A DNA stretch of 64,000 nt from an uncultured archaeon. GTDB taxonomy: Archaea > Thermoproteota > Nitrososphaeria > Nitrososphaerales > Gagatemarchaeaceae. Position numbers and translations under genes: made by a program. The notes beneath the pieces are model-generated. The model made no database searches, had not been told where the DNA came from, and was given only the letters and a program-made list of their open reading frames with translations. Positions 32,526 through 43,656 of the stretch are shown piece by piece. The DNA is taken from contig CAWCYD010000003.1 in the NCBI GenBank assembly GCA_963799775.1, forward strand, positions 1,344,001-1,408,000, read 5' to 3'. The stretch's first letter is position 1, and every line of letters starts with the position of its first letter.

Positions 32526-34307
32526 ATGAGCGTCGACCACGCCGGAGGCGGCGCCTCGCTGGAAGCGTCTTCCCTTGAGGCCGGCCGCAACAACGAGACG
32601 GCGCCCGCAAGAGCAAAGCCGAACCTTCCGATATTCTCCATCCTCGACTCAATAGACTTCTCGGACCACTTTGTGATCATCGGCGACGTCGGGACGGGAA
32701 AGAGCACCGTCACCCCGATACACGAGTTCGAGTTGTCCGGGAGGCAGAGGCGCATCCTCATCCGGGAACCTTCGAGGGCGGCGTGCAACGCCCTGTTCTA
32801 CTCCCTGGAGGCCCTCCATCCAGAGATAAAGCACGAGCTGTCGGTGATAACGAAGGACACGAAGATCAACGTGGGCGGAAGGGTAACGCTGGTCACGGAC
32901 GGTGTCCTCCTGAGGATGCTCGCCGAGAACTCGGTTGTCAACTCCTCGATCTACTTCGACGAGAGCCACCAGATGTCCTCTCAGCTCGAGCTGTGCCTCT
33001 CTCTGGCGAATAGGGAGGAGTCGAAGGCGGGGAACCTCTTCCGGATAATGAGCGCGACCATCGACCCCCACGAGTTCCTCTCCTTCCTCGGCATCTCGAA
33101 GCTCTACACGCTCAGCGGCCGCAGGTTCCCGGTCTCGCTGGAGGTCGAGCTGGCCCGGGACGTCGACGACATGTTCAAGAAACTCTCGCTCTACCTCTTC
33201 AACCAGCCACACGACGAGTCGTGGCTCGTCTTCCTGCCGACGAGGCGGCTGGTGGAGAAATACGCGTCCAGCTACGGGGGCGTGTACATCCACGGCGGGC
33301 TCGAAGGCTCGGAGATCAACAAGATCCAGCTGCGTGCGGAGACGGACAAGAACCTGAGGATCTTCGCGACGAACGTCATCGCCTCTTCAGTGAACATCTA
33401 CGTCGACAACGTCCTGATCTTCAACGAGGTCATCGACGGCAAGGAGAAGGAAGGGCAGAAGACGCTCCACTACAAGAAGATAGACAACAACTCGCTCCTG
33501 CAGATGATGGGGAGGATAGGGCGCTTCAAGCCTGGCAGGGCCGTGATAATCAGCGACACGATGGTCCCGAAGAAGATCGAGGCCATCCCCGTGCGCAAGG
33601 CGCTTGAGACGGAGACGCCCTTCGACCTGGTCCTGCTCATGTCGAAGTACGGGCTGCGGCTCTCCGAGCTGGAGTTCATGTCGAAGGTGAACCACCGCGA
33701 GGTCGCGTTCGCCGACGACTGGCTCGTCCAGATAGGCGCGATCGACGGCCGCAGCCACGCGATAACCGAGAAGGGCCTGATCATGAGCGAGATCCCGTAC
33801 GACCCCGACTTCGCCCACATGATCTCCAGCGCCCTCATCTCCGGCGACTACGACATGGCCCGCTTCTTCCTGGCGAGCGGCGCCTTTGGAGACTCGCTCA
33901 ACCACGCGTGGAAGACCGAGCTGGAGGGCCTCGCCCGACACTTCCTCTACGGCTTCGACAAGTCGAACGAGCTGAACATCAAGGCCAACCTCCTCAAGAG
34001 GTGGTCGGAGGACACGCAGGGGTCGTTCAGGGCGAGGATGGTCACCCACGGGATCTACCCCGTCTTCGTCGAGGAGGCTTCGAAGAACTACTTCGCCGCG
34101 AGAGAGTCGCTCAACGACCTGCTGAGCTCGTCCGGAAGGGACCTGATCCCTCCCGAGATCGTGGCGAACCCAGAGGTCTCCAGGCTGAGGCCCTACCTCG
34201 ACGACTGCCTCTCGTTCCAGAGGTTCGAGCTCCACGAGAAGAACGCGCACAACCTCCACGAGATGGAGATCTATGGTCCAGTTCTACGCGATGAACCCTC
34301 ACGATAA
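32526..34307 (+). CDS. DExH-box SF2 helicase, HrpA-like
   Basis: GDVGTGKST, DESH, MSAT, ATNVIASSV, QMMGRIGR; 3' end may be frameshifted. Confidence 0.85.
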   Translation: MSVDHAGGGASLEASSLEAGRNNETAPARAKPNLPIFSILDSIDFSDHFVIIGDVGTGKSTVTPIHEFELSGRQRRILIREPSRAACNALFYSLEALHPEIKHELSVITKDTKINVGGRVTLVTDGVLLRMLAENSVVNSSIYFDESHQMSSQLELCLSLANREESKAGNLFRIMSATIDPHEFLSFLGISKLYTLSGRRFPVSLEVELARDVDDMFKKLSLYLFNQPHDESWLVFLPTRRLVEKYASSYGGVYIHGGLEGSEINKIQLRAETDKNLRIFATNVIASSVNIYVDNVLIFNEVIDGKEKEGQKTLHYKKIDNNSLLQMMGRIGRFKPGRAVIISDTMVPKKIEAIPVRKALETETPFDLVLLMSKYGLRLSELEFMSKVNHREVAFADDWLVQIGAIDGRSHAITEKGLIMSEIPYDPDFAHMISSALISGDYDMARFFLASGAFGDSLNHAWKTELEGLARHFLYGFDKSNELNIKANLLKRWSEDTQGSFRARMVTHGIYPVFVEEASKNYFAARESLNDLLSSSGRDLIPPEIVANPEVSRLRPYLDDCLSFQRFELHEKNAHNLHEMEIYGPVLRDEPSR

Positions 34308-34377
34308 ACTACAGGCAGATCCTCTTCGATGTCGTCGCGATGAACCCGCCTAGAGGGCGCCACAAGAGGAATCGGCG

Positions 34378-34809
34378 CTAGCCCGCGCCCGCCAGCACAG
34401 GCGCGACCTTGCTCGTGATCTCCTGCACGACGGTCGCGAGTTTCTCCCTGGCCAGTTCCAGGTCGGCGATCCCGACTCTCTCCAGACCTTTGGGGGCTTC
34501 GAGGGATGTCCGAGCGTGTTGGCTCCCCACTCGACTCAGCTCTTCCAGGACGTAGGCCACTTTCACTCCGAGGTTGGGCTCGAGTGCCCAGAGCCTCGCC
34601 CTTGACTTGTAGCGGCCTACGGAGCCGACCCGCATGACAACGAGTCCCGCCTCCTCGAGCTTCTGAAGCGAGCTGGCTGCGGTCCCCCAGTTGCTCACCC
34701 CGATAGCGTTCATGATGCGGTTCGTCGGCGCAGGCTCCCTGTTCCGGTGAAGGAAGAGAAGAATCTGAGGCGCGTGTGCGGCGCTCAGTACGTTGAAGAG
34801 TTCGACCAT
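34378..34809 (-). CDS. Winged-helix regulator (HxlR/ArsR-like)
   Basis: ILLFL..IMNAIGVSNW..LQKLEEAGLV. Confidence 0.7.
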   Translation of the reverse strand: MVELFNVLSAAHAPQILLFLHRNREPAPTNRIMNAIGVSNWGTAASSLQKLEEAGLVVMRVGSVGRYKSRARLWALEPNLGVKVAYVLEELSRVGSQHARTSLEAPKGLERVGIADLELAREKLATVVQEITSKVAPVLAGAG

Positions 34810-34946
34810 AATCGTGACACCTGAGAAAGATGTGTCGGACTAGTTACCGGTGATGGAAGAAACTATCTTATCGAACACGAGATGGATTCTTGATGAGAAA
34901 TGACCTTGAGCACTCAAGCAGCACTCGTAATACAAGGCATACGCCG

Positions 34947-35261
34947 TCATCTGCCGCGCATCGATTGGGCGTCCACGATGTTCCGCTCGATCTCTTTGAG
35001 TTCAGAAGCGACCTTGGAGCCGAGTTTGGGCTCGAGCTGCCAGAGATTCGCCTTCGAGTGATATCTACCCACCGTCCTCTCCCGGCGTAATATCAGGCCG
35101 GAGTCTTCTAGCATTGTCAGAGTCTTCCTGACAGTCGCCCAGTTCTGGACCCCTATGGCCGCCATGATCGATTTTGTCAGGACGGGTTCTTCCTTCTCCC
35201 TGAGGAACATGAGAATCATCGTGCAGTGCTTGGCTTCAAGGAGCGCGAGCGGTCGATTCAT
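34947..35261 (-). CDS. Winged-helix regulator, paralog of 34378..34809
   Basis: IMAAIGVQNW..LEDSGLI..VGRY..LW.LEP.LG.KVA shared. Confidence 0.7.
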   Translation of the reverse strand: MNRPLALLEAKHCTMILMFLREKEEPVLTKSIMAAIGVQNWATVRKTLTMLEDSGLILRRERTVGRYHSKANLWQLEPKLGSKVASELKEIERNIVDAQSMRGR

Positions 35262-35646
35262 CGCGCAGGCCAGGCGCTAGAAGCGAGACGATGTCTTTCC
35301 AAGATTCGCGCATGCTTAGGACATTGCGAGGGCGATTTTAATATCAGGTAACGAACTACGTAGGTTGCATAGGGTTGTCCCGTATCGATCTTACGACAAT
35401 GAAAAAGAGAGCCAGATTGGGAGTCCCCCGGCTCCCAACCCGCTCACCTTGAATTTTCGGGACGCTGCCGAGTTCTGTGCACGCTCGGCAGGCCATGTAG
35501 ACCACGATTCCATATAATGAATGTCTCAAATCGTGCTAGTAGATTGTTCTAATGCCCAGAGATGGCCAATCGGAGGCATCAGAGGTCATTTTAGGCGCGG
35601 AACGGGTGCCATATGCCGTTTCTATCTCTGGGCCAGGTAGCTGGAA

Positions 35647-35988
35647 CTACTTGTAATATCTGAACTCGAGAATCAAGCAAGTCTTCAGACACTTGAAGGG
35701 GCCGTGCTCCTCTCCAGGTTCATGGAAGACATAGTCTCCGGCTCTAATTCTCTTCTTGGTCTTTGTGTTGAGCATCTCTCCTTCGAAGTAGAACGCTTCC
35801 TCGAAGAACTTGTGCGTGACGGGCTCGGAGAACTCCACTCCCTTCCTCACTCTGAGGACGTGGGTGTAGCTGCCGTCTTTGTGCCTGTGCAGCACCGCCT
35901 CGTCGACGCCGTCCGGCTCCCCGTCAGCATGTGACCAACTGAGGGTCGCTGACAGGAGGTTGGCGTATGCGCCAGCTTTGATGGCCAT
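35647..35988 (-). CDS. ChrR-like cupin
   Basis: THKFFEE, PGEEHGPF, LEFRYY. Confidence 0.75.
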   Translation of the reverse strand: MAIKAGAYANLLSATLSWSHADGEPDGVDEAVLHRHKDGSYTHVLRVRKGVEFSEPVTHKFFEEAFYFEGEMLNTKTKKRIRAGDYVFHEPGEEHGPFKCLKTCLILEFRYYK

Positions 35989-36111
35989 GGCTCATTGATG
36001 CTTCTCAACCGTAGAAAAAGGTGGCGCGATTACGGACCGATGCTCATGACGACACTTCTCTTCTTGCGCAAGGAAAATCAATGGGCAAGCCCGCGGGCAG
36101 CTGCGCCGAGA

Positions 36112-37023
36112 ATGACAGCGAAAGCCGAGCCCGACATCCCGACGAAGTGCCCCAACTGTGGGAAGGGGCCTTTCATCAGGGATCCGGATAGCGGAGAACT
36201 CGTCTGCTCCAATTGCGGCTACGTCCTCTTGGAGAAGGAGGAAGAAGAGGCGCCGGAGTTCGTCTCCGATGGGGAGGGTGGGTCGCGGCCGTCTGGCGCT
36301 CGGACCTCCATATCGCGGCCCACATGGGCCTGAGCACCGTGATCGGGCGGTCTGACAGCGACGCCAGAGGAGGGGCGATCAAGGGCCGCGCGAGGTCGAC
36401 CGTCGAGAGGATGAGAGTCTGGGATAGGAGGAGCCAGCCGAAGATCTCTGGCTACAGGGGGATGGGGAAGGCGTTCGACGAGATGAGAGCCCTTGCCGAG
36501 AAGCTCTCGGTGGGCGAGAACGTGGTGGACCAAGCCGCCTACATCTACAGGAAGGCCATCGAGCTGGGCATCAACAGGGGGCGGAGGACCGCCGACCTCG
36601 CCGCAGCCTCGTTCTACGCGGCGTGCAGGGAGCTGCAGATTCCCAGGAGCCTCAAGGACGTGGCTGCCGCGGTGAACATAGACAAGGGGGCCGTGTCGCG
36701 AGCGTATCGGGTCTTGCTCGGCAGGATGGACATCAGGATGCCGATCGAGTACACCGGCTAAGTCCCTACCGAAGATAGGCTCGGCGGTCGATGCATCTCC
36801 CGCGGCGATGAAGAGGGCCTACGAGATACTCGGCCAGGCGAACGCCAAGGGACTGTCCGCCGGCAAGGATCCCATGGCACAAGCCGGCGCGGCCTTGTAT
36901 CTGGCGGGCCGGTTGCAGGGAGAGAGGGGGATGAGCCAAAAGGAGATGGCGGCGGCCGCGGAGGTGACCGAGGTCACGCTCAGGAACCGATACAAGACGC
37001 TCAAGGCCGGACTGGGCCTGTAA
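36112..37023 (+). CDS. tfb: Transcription initiation factor IIB (frameshifts ~36320 and ~36760)
   Basis: CPNC..CSNCG zinc ribbon; GLSTVI; two cyclin repeats; VTEVTLRNRYK. Confidence 0.9.
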
Positions 37024-37076
37024 GCCGCCTAAGCCTTCGACCAATCGCTAAATACCGAGCGACCTTATTCGGTCTT

Positions 37077-37598
37077 GTGTTCGAGACAGAAGCAGAGCTC
37101 GCCGAGCTCCAGCGACTACTGGATGAGAGCTACGAGAGGACTCGCGAAAGGATGTTGGTTGCATACAGCGCCGACCAGCGACTCTCCGCGGAGCAGCTCG
37201 CGGGCTTCAAAGGCGTCAAGCTCGTCGCCGTAGCATCCGTGAACAAGAAGGGGGAGCCCAGGGTGGCTCCGAGGAGCGCGGCCTTCCTCCACGGGAAGTT
37301 CTACCTCGCCGCCAACACAAAGTCGACCCTGGTGCGACGACTCTGGGTGAACCCGAAGGTCGCCACAACCTATTATGAGAATCGTCTCCTCGTGATGGGC
37401 CACGGACAGGTTGCCTTCCTTCGAAAGGGGGAAAAAGGATTCCGCGAGGTCCGCCCGGAATGGAAGAAAGCGTTTGGTGGAGGAGAGATGCACTGGGACG
37501 AGGTAGACCTATTCCTCAGGGTCGATGCGAATCAATTGGTGGCCTTCGCGAACCAGCCGAAGCGGTATCCCGGCGCGTGGGCCAAGACACATCCTTGA
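37077..37598 (+). CDS. Pyridoxamine 5'-phosphate oxidase family protein
   Basis: VASVNKKGEPRVAP, NPKVA. Confidence 0.75.
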   Translation: MFETEAELAELQRLLDESYERTRERMLVAYSADQRLSAEQLAGFKGVKLVAVASVNKKGEPRVAPRSAAFLHGKFYLAANTKSTLVRRLWVNPKVATTYYENRLLVMGHGQVAFLRKGEKGFREVRPEWKKAFGGGEMHWDEVDLFLRVDANQLVAFANQPKRYPGAWAKTHP

Positions 37599-37679
37599 GA
37601 CTCGCTCGCCAGACATAAATCCGACTCTGACCTGTCGTTTGGGCCGCTTTCTGGTTTGAAGGGTAGGCGAAGCAAGACG

Positions 37680-38519
37680 ATGTCGATGGAAGGCGCCGCG
37701 CCGGGTGGGCCGGTTCCGTTTCTCACGAAGGACAAGCTTGGGGCGGCGGTCGCGACCTTGCTCATCTCAGCGTCCATCCTGTCCTGGCTGGTCGTCGTCT
37801 ATGCCATGCCCCTAATGACGGTCATGTCAGGAGGAATGATGGGAGTCGCGTCCCTAGTCTCTTCACTCTCTGTGTCCGCTGTCGGGCTGTTCGAAGTCCT
37901 TTGGGTGGACGGAATGGCTGCGATGATGTTCCCTGCGATGATCCCCATCGTGCTCTTTTACAACCGATTCTCGACCAAGGCCGAGCCGAATCCGAGGGTT
38001 GCGAAGGTCGTGGGCACTCCCCTCTTCCTTGTCGGATACCTGGCGGTCTATGCTGGACTAGGCCTGATGGTCTATGTCGGCGTCTATCTGGCCGTGAGCC
38101 TGTCATCCGCAGCCCCGAGCCTCAGCCCTCTGGCTGCCATCGCGCCGGGGCTCCTGCTGGTGGTTGCGGGCCTATACCAACTGACTCCCCGCAAGTCAAG
38201 TTTCCTGATGCAGTGCGTCTCGCCGATAGCCTTCTTCACGCAGCACTCCCACGGTGGGTTGTTCGGAAGCCTGAGGATGGGGTTCGAGCATGGCAAATAC
38301 TGCGTCGGTTGCTGCTGGGCCTACATGCTCGTCATGTTCGCCGTGGCGTTGATGAGCATCCCGTTCATGGCCGTCCTTGCCGTGGTGATAGCGTTCGAGA
38401 AGGTCTTGCTGCGGGGTGCGGTCTGGCTGACGAGAGGGATCGCCGTGGGGTTCGTGGTCCTGGGGCTGGCGTCCATCCTCTACCCAGGCGTGCTTGGGCT
38501 TCTTTCCGTCGGCCTCTGA
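37680..38519 (+). CDS. DUF2182 metal-binding membrane protein
   Basis: MAAMMFP, AGLYQLTPRK, GKYCVGCCWAYM, EK. Confidence 0.88.
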   Translation: MSMEGAAPGGPVPFLTKDKLGAAVATLLISASILSWLVVVYAMPLMTVMSGGMMGVASLVSSLSVSAVGLFEVLWVDGMAAMMFPAMIPIVLFYNRFSTKAEPNPRVAKVVGTPLFLVGYLAVYAGLGLMVYVGVYLAVSLSSAAPSLSPLAAIAPGLLLVVAGLYQLTPRKSSFLMQCVSPIAFFTQHSHGGLFGSLRMGFEHGKYCVGCCWAYMLVMFAVALMSIPFMAVLAVVIAFEKVLLRGAVWLTRGIAVGFVVLGLASILYPGVLGLLSVGL

Positions 38520-38523
38520 AGGG

Positions 38524-39195
38524 TCAGGGGCCTTTGAAGTTCAGCGTCTGACAGAAGAACGCGTTCTTTCCGGACTCGTCGAAGGTGAGGTTGGGGCTCA
38601 CCACCCGCATGACCTTGCTCTTGCAGGCCTTCGCGGTCTGCCAGATGAATCCCTTTGGGATGTGGACCTCCGTCTCCGACTCGACACCCGTGACAGGGTT
38701 CCTGAAGGGCTCTATCTTCACGTCGACCACCCCCGGCACGGAGAAGTGGCTGTTCTTCCCGTCGATCTTGTACCGGACCTCGACGAACCTGGGCTCGAGG
38801 AAGTACTTCATCGTGCCAGCGAAGACCGCGAAGTGCCCGTTGCCTTTCGCCTTCCCGCCGATGATGGCCGCGACCGCGTCCCTCTGTTTGCCCCTGGCGT
38901 TCTCCCCGATGTAGAGCTGCAAGTGCCCGTCGCCTTCGTGTATCGCCTTGGGCCAGGAGGCGACGTACACGACCGGGATGTTCTCGAGGGTGACGTCCCC
39001 ATAGTGCCCCTTTGTGATGTTGAACATGACTATCGCCCGGCAGAAGCCGTAGCTTGGGATTCCGCTGAAGTTGCAGGGACACCCATAGTCGCAGTTGCAT
39101 GTCTCGACGTAGTTGACGGTTATCTGCCAGTCTGGGATGTGCGTCTTGCCCTTGGCCGCCTCCTTTGCTTTGGCCGCCTGGGCCGTTATGGCCAA
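38524..39195 (-). CDS. DUF1326 protein
   Basis: ETCNCDYGCPC..P..GFC. Confidence 0.88.
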   Translation of the reverse strand: MAITAQAAKAKEAAKGKTHIPDWQITVNYVETCNCDYGCPCNFSGIPSYGFCRAIVMFNITKGHYGDVTLENIPVVYVASWPKAIHEGDGHLQLYIGENARGKQRDAVAAIIGGKAKGNGHFAVFAGTMKYFLEPRFVEVRYKIDGKNSHFSVPGVVDVKIEPFRNPVTGVESETEVHIPKGFIWQTAKACKSKVMRVVSPNLTFDESGKNAFFCQTLNFKGP

Positions 39196-39254
39196 CGCAG
39201 ACGCGCAAGTGGCCCGAAGATATTAGTGTTTGACAGCCCTTGCTGAGGGAGCGT

Positions 39255-39603
39255 ATGAAGAGTGAAGTCCTTCTTGGGGTCACCGTCCTCACCCCAGGAG
39301 GAACGACGATCGTCCCCACCTCTGTGACGAGGTTACTGAAGCTAGACTCGGCATCCCGGGGGAGAACAAAGATTCTGTGGACTCTGGAAGGCGACGCAGT
39401 GATCGTTTCGAAAGGGACACCCTGAGTCGAGTTACAAGAAGACGATGTTGAGAAGAGGTGGCAGGACTGCGTTCCCCAAGCACATACTGAAGGCCTTGAG
39501 GCTCAGGCCCGCGGTCGAAGGGGGAGAGAGTCTGGTATGGGTCCGAAGGGGCGACCAGATTCTCGTCAGGAGGGCAACGCCTCGGACGACAAGGACCGGA
39601 TAG
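39255..39603 (+). CDS. Tandem AbrB-like DNA-binding protein (frameshift ~39421)
   Basis: GGTTIVP..LKL..ILW and GGRTAFPK..LRL..LVW repeats joined by removing one C. Confidence 0.55.
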
Positions 39604-39762
39604 GTGTCTCGAGGTCAGAAAAGGGAAGGAATTTTCTAGGCAGCGCTCTTTGGCTGGTAGACGAACGAGGTCTCGCTTGCGCTGACTCCGTTCGTTGGTC
39701 AGTGCTGCGCGAGAAGGTTTATCAGAAAGTAGACCATTTGGTAAACCGAGGAAGCATGCGAC

Positions 39763-39993
39763 ATGTCGGTTGTAAGCGTAAAAATTCCAGATAAGACGAA
39801 AAGAGAGATGGAGGAATTCAAAGACAAGGTCGAGTGGCCGTCCGAAATCAGAGCCTTCATAGAGGCAAGGCTTGACCAGGCAAGAAGAGAGGATACTTTG
39901 GAGCGAGTCGAGAGAATGTTGAAGAATCAACCCAAAGTAAAGCGCGGGACAGCATCAAAGCTGGTGCGAGAAGATCGTGACAGCGGTCATTGA
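39763..39993 (+). CDS. VapB-type antitoxin (RHH)
   Basis: VVSVKIP..VEWPSEIRAFI..KLVREDRD; overlaps the PIN gene. Confidence 0.8.
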   Translation: MSVVSVKIPDKTKREMEEFKDKVEWPSEIRAFIEARLDQARREDTLERVERMLKNQPKVKRGTASKLVREDRDSGH

Positions 39994-40390
39994 TGCTTCT
40001 GCTCTTGTCGCATTCTGCCTCAATGAGGACGGCTTAGACAGACAGAGGCTCAAAGCGCATTTTCTGAAAGGCGTCATCAGCGTGGACATGATAAGAGTCG
40101 AGTCCGCCAATGCAATATTAGTCTCGAAAAGAAGAGGAGTGACGAAGGACGACGGGGTCAAGCTCGCCCTCTCGAGCATGCTCGAGCTTTCAAGGAATAA
40201 CATCAAACTGATTCCTCAAGACGACGAACTGATCTTTGACGCGTTTGAAGTGAGCGAGAGCACGACATTAGCAATTTACGACTCGCTTTATCTCTCTCTC
40301 GCGAAGAGGATGAGTGCGAGCCTCCTTTCGAAGGATGAAGGTCAGATGAACGCGGCGAGGAGTCTAGGAGTCAAGACAGAGAATATCTAA
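39977..40390 (+). CDS. vapC: VapC PIN-domain toxin
   Basis: VIDASAL, E..N, IYDSLY..LA, SKD. Confidence 0.88.
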   Translation: MTAVIDASALVAFCLNEDGLDRQRLKAHFLKGVISVDMIRVESANAILVSKRRGVTKDDGVKLALSSMLELSRNNIKLIPQDDELIFDAFEVSESTTLAIYDSLYLSLAKRMSASLLSKDEGQMNAARSLGVKTENI

Positions 40391-40487
40391 GACGGATGGA
40401 TGCGGTCGCCGCGATGCTTAGGCCGCGATGGCCAATCCGCGACTGCTGAGATACCCCGCGTTAAATGCGGTCCCGCCCACCTACCGC

Positions 40488-41776
40488 ATGACCCCGGACC
40501 AGATATACGACTACGGCTATGACATGAGGAACGCTGAGAAGAAGCTCGAAGAGGAACCCGAAGGTAAAGCCCCAGGACAGGAAGACAATCCAAGCCTTCA
40601 TGAAGCACATCAAGCCCCAGGGGATATCACTGGGGCGCCAGGCGAAGTACGTCAACCTGCTGCACCGCTGCGCTCAGCTGATCCGCGTGCCGTTCGGCAA
40701 GGCCCGGCGCCAGGACATCGATGGACCTAATCACGCGGCTCGCAGATTATGAATTCACTGTCAAGGGCCCGAACCGGAGCGAGACGCGGCGCCACTACTC
40801 CCCGGCGACCATGTCCGACTTCCGCATGGCGATCAAGAGGTTCCAGAAGTTCGTGAGATACGGGGACACCGACCTCACCACCCCCTTCCCGGACGAGGTG
40901 AGATGGCTGCGGGGGAGCATCAAGGTCAGCGAAAGGCGGGAGCCCGAGTTCTTCACCGACTGGGATGTGGAGGCCCTGCTAAAGGCTGCGGATGGCATCA
41001 GGGACAAGGCCATTATTGCGGTGGCGGCGGAGTTGGGGACGCGGGTCAGCGAACTCCTGCTAATCCGGCTCGGGGACGTCCAGTTCGACGACGCCGGGGC
41101 GATCCTGCACATCCGGCGCGGGAAGACGGGCTCCCGGACCCTGAGGTTGATTTCGTCGGTGGCGTATCTCGCAGACTACATGTCAATCCATCCGTTCAGG
41201 AACACTGACCCTGAGGCCCCGCTCTGGCTGTCAACGAGCACCAACCACCTCAACGAGCCTGTGAGCTGGGTGGCGTGCTCGAGGATGCTAAAGGACACGG
41301 CGAAGAAGGCCGGGATCAAGAAATCTCGCATCCACATGTACATGTTTCGTCACGGGAGCGCAACAAGGAATGCGAAGTATCTCTCGGACGCAGAGTTGCG
41401 TCTGATGTACGGCTGGTCGGCCTCCTCCAAGATGCCGGCTGTATACGTGCATCTCACCGGCGGGCACCTCGACGAGAAGTACCGGCAGGTCTACGGCTCG
41501 GGGCGGCCCGTCGAGCCTCCGAAGCCGAGCTTCTCCCCGGTGATTTGCCCGAGGTGTCAGGAGAAGGCCTCCCCAGGGATGCTCTACTGCCCCAGGTGTG
41601 CTTCGCCCTTGGACCAGGCGGAGAGGGCCAAGATTGCGGTTCAGCAGGAGAGCACCAAGAAGGAGGTGTCGGAGCTGAGGGGCCTTTTGGAAAGATACCT
41701 CAAGGCGCCGGCTTCCGAGCTGGAAAGCCACGCAGCAGGTGACACCACGGCGCAGAGGGGCACGGCTCCCGCCTGA
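40488..41776 (+). CDS. Tyrosine recombinase with C-terminal Zn ribbon (N-terminal frameshifts)
   Basis: [35 protein letters not shown]. Confidence 0.9.
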
Positions 41777-41787
41777 GGGGCTCTGGT

Positions 41788-42250
41788 TTGACCCGAGACT
41801 TCTACGCGGTCCTGGGGGTGCCGAGGGCGGCTTCGATGGCCGAGATCAAGGAAGCCTTCAGGAGGCTCGCGTTGCAATACCACCCCGACAAGGACGCAGC
41901 GGAAGCCGAGAGGTTCAAGGAGATGAGCGAAGCCTATGCCGCCCTGTCGGACGCCGCGAAGAGGGCCCTGTACGATGCCCTTGGCCCCGACAAGTACGAT
42001 GACCCGCGTGAGGTTCATGTTTTACAGGCTGAACCAGGAAGCGGCCAACCGCGAGATGGAGAGGGAGTACGAAACGTCGAGGTCGGCGCAGAAGCACAGC
42101 GATGCGGAGGGCCTAGGATTTGTAATCTTCATCCTCCTCATCATGGATTTCCTGATTCCCTCGTGGGTCTTTGGGCCCTGGTTCTACGTGTTCAATGCCT
42201 TCCTCATCCTCGCCATAGCGGTCGGCGTCTACGATTCGTTGAAGCCCTGA
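41788..42250 (+). CDS. J-domain protein with C-terminal TMs, paralog of 3183..3653 (frameshift ~42010)
   Basis: YHPDK; [12 protein letters not shown] and [14 protein letters not shown] shared with the first copy. Confidence 0.85.
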
Positions 42251-42366
42251 TTACGCGCCTAGATTCCGAGAGAGCGATTTTTCGCCCGACCGGCCAGTCC
42301 CAAGGCCTCCGCCGGGTTGACATAAGCAGCCCTCTGTCTTCGATTTTATAAAGTTCTAAACTTTAA

Positions 42367-43656
42367 ATGGCTAGTCTGTTAAAAATTACTCGTATGCCAG
42401 AAGGCGAGAATGTATGGGAATGGTTCGGCTTCCGCAAGAACCCATACGATTTCCTCCCGCTAGCAGTAAACAAAGAAGACAGGACTCTGTTCGTTGGAAG
42501 GGAAGCAGAGCTTCCTAGGCTTGTCACGCCAATTGCAAGCGACTCCGGCGGGATTATTGTCGTCGAAGGGCGTGCGGGCGTAGGGAAAACAAGTTTCGTC
42601 AATGTAGTTCAGTACGACAGGTGGCAGGCCAAGTCATGTCTCCCGTCGTTTCAGGTACTCCAGGTCCAGCCAAATACTGACCCAATAGGCTTCATATTGT
42701 CTGCGTTTTCCACCTGCATAGGGCCCCTCGAGCTGTCGAAGTCCGGTGCGACCGACCACGACCCTGATTTGAAAGCTGGAAAGGCGATGGTAACACAGAT
42801 GTTGAATTCCGGATGGAGTTTCTCGGGCGGTCTCAATGTCGGCCTATTTGGCGGGCAGGCGGGAGCTGGGAAAGCAGCGGCGCCGTCTTCGCCACTCCTC
42901 CCTGCGATGCCAAGCATACTGAGCACAGCAGGGAAATGGTTCGACGCGGCAAGCCGGTTCGGCTGGGTGAAGTTCATCATACCGGTCAATAACCTCGACA
43001 TGCTGGATGAAGAATATGCCGTCGAGTTCATGAACGTGGTTCGCGATTACATGATAACCTTCGCTAAGAAAGGCGTCTGGTGGGTTCTGATCGCCAAGGA
43101 CGGATTTGTCCACACGCTGGAGAACAGAGCACATAGAGTCAGCGAAGTCCTGACCGGTCCACCTGTGAGGTTGAATCCGTTGTCGTTGGACGAGGTCAAA
43201 AAGGCGATAGATGTCCGCGTGAAAAAATATGGAAAGGAGGGTGTCAAAGCGCCGGCTCCGGACGAGATAGTGTCTTGGCTGTATAAATTGTCAGATGGAG
43301 AGGTGAGGGCAATCTTCAAGAAACTTACTGATATGATTTTCGAGTATCACGCGACCGTTCCCAGTGCGCAGACGATAACCGAAACCGCCGCAAGGAACAT
43401 CTTAGTGGGAGAAGCTAGGCGAAGAATTGAAGGGCTTGGCATACAGACAAACTGGATTAGAATTCTCGAAGGAACAGCAAAAAAGGGCATAGTCCACCAG
43501 GGAGGGTTCAAGGACTTCAATTTCAACAATCAGCCCGCATTTAGGAACGCGCTGGAGAAACTCTGCTACTTCGATTTGCTCAGACGTAAAGAGACTGGCA
43601 GGGAAGTGAAGTACTTGCCTACCGCAGATACAAACCTCGCATTTTCAAAGAGCTAG
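42367..43656 (+). CDS. AAA+/STAND-like ATPase with C-terminal wHTH
   Basis: FGF..NPY, FVGRE, GRAGVGKTS, degenerate Walker B (VNNLD). Confidence 0.8.
   Translation: MASLLKITRMPEGENVWEWFGFRKNPYDFLPLAVNKEDRTLFVGREAELPRLVTPIASDSGGIIVVEGRAGVGKTSFVNVVQYDRWQAKSCLPSFQVLQVQPNTDPIGFILSAFSTCIGPLELSKSGATDHDPDLKAGKAMVTQMLNSGWSFSGGLNVGLFGGQAGAGKAAAPSSPLLPAMPSILSTAGKWFDAASRFGWVKFIIPVNNLDMLDEEYAVEFMNVVRDYMITFAKKGVWWVLIAKDGFVHTLENRAHRVSEVLTGPPVRLNPLSLDEVKKAIDVRVKKYGKEGVKAPAPDEIVSWLYKLSDGEVRAIFKKLTDMIFEYHATVPSAQTITETAARNILVGEARRRIEGLGIQTNWIRILEGTAKKGIVHQGGFKDFNFNNQPAFRNALEKLCYFDLLRRKETGREVKYLPTADTNLAFSKS

Noticed and set aside
37680-39195. DUF2182/DUF1326 pair as novel
   Set aside because: Commonly co-located pair; only the convergent orientation is slightly unusual
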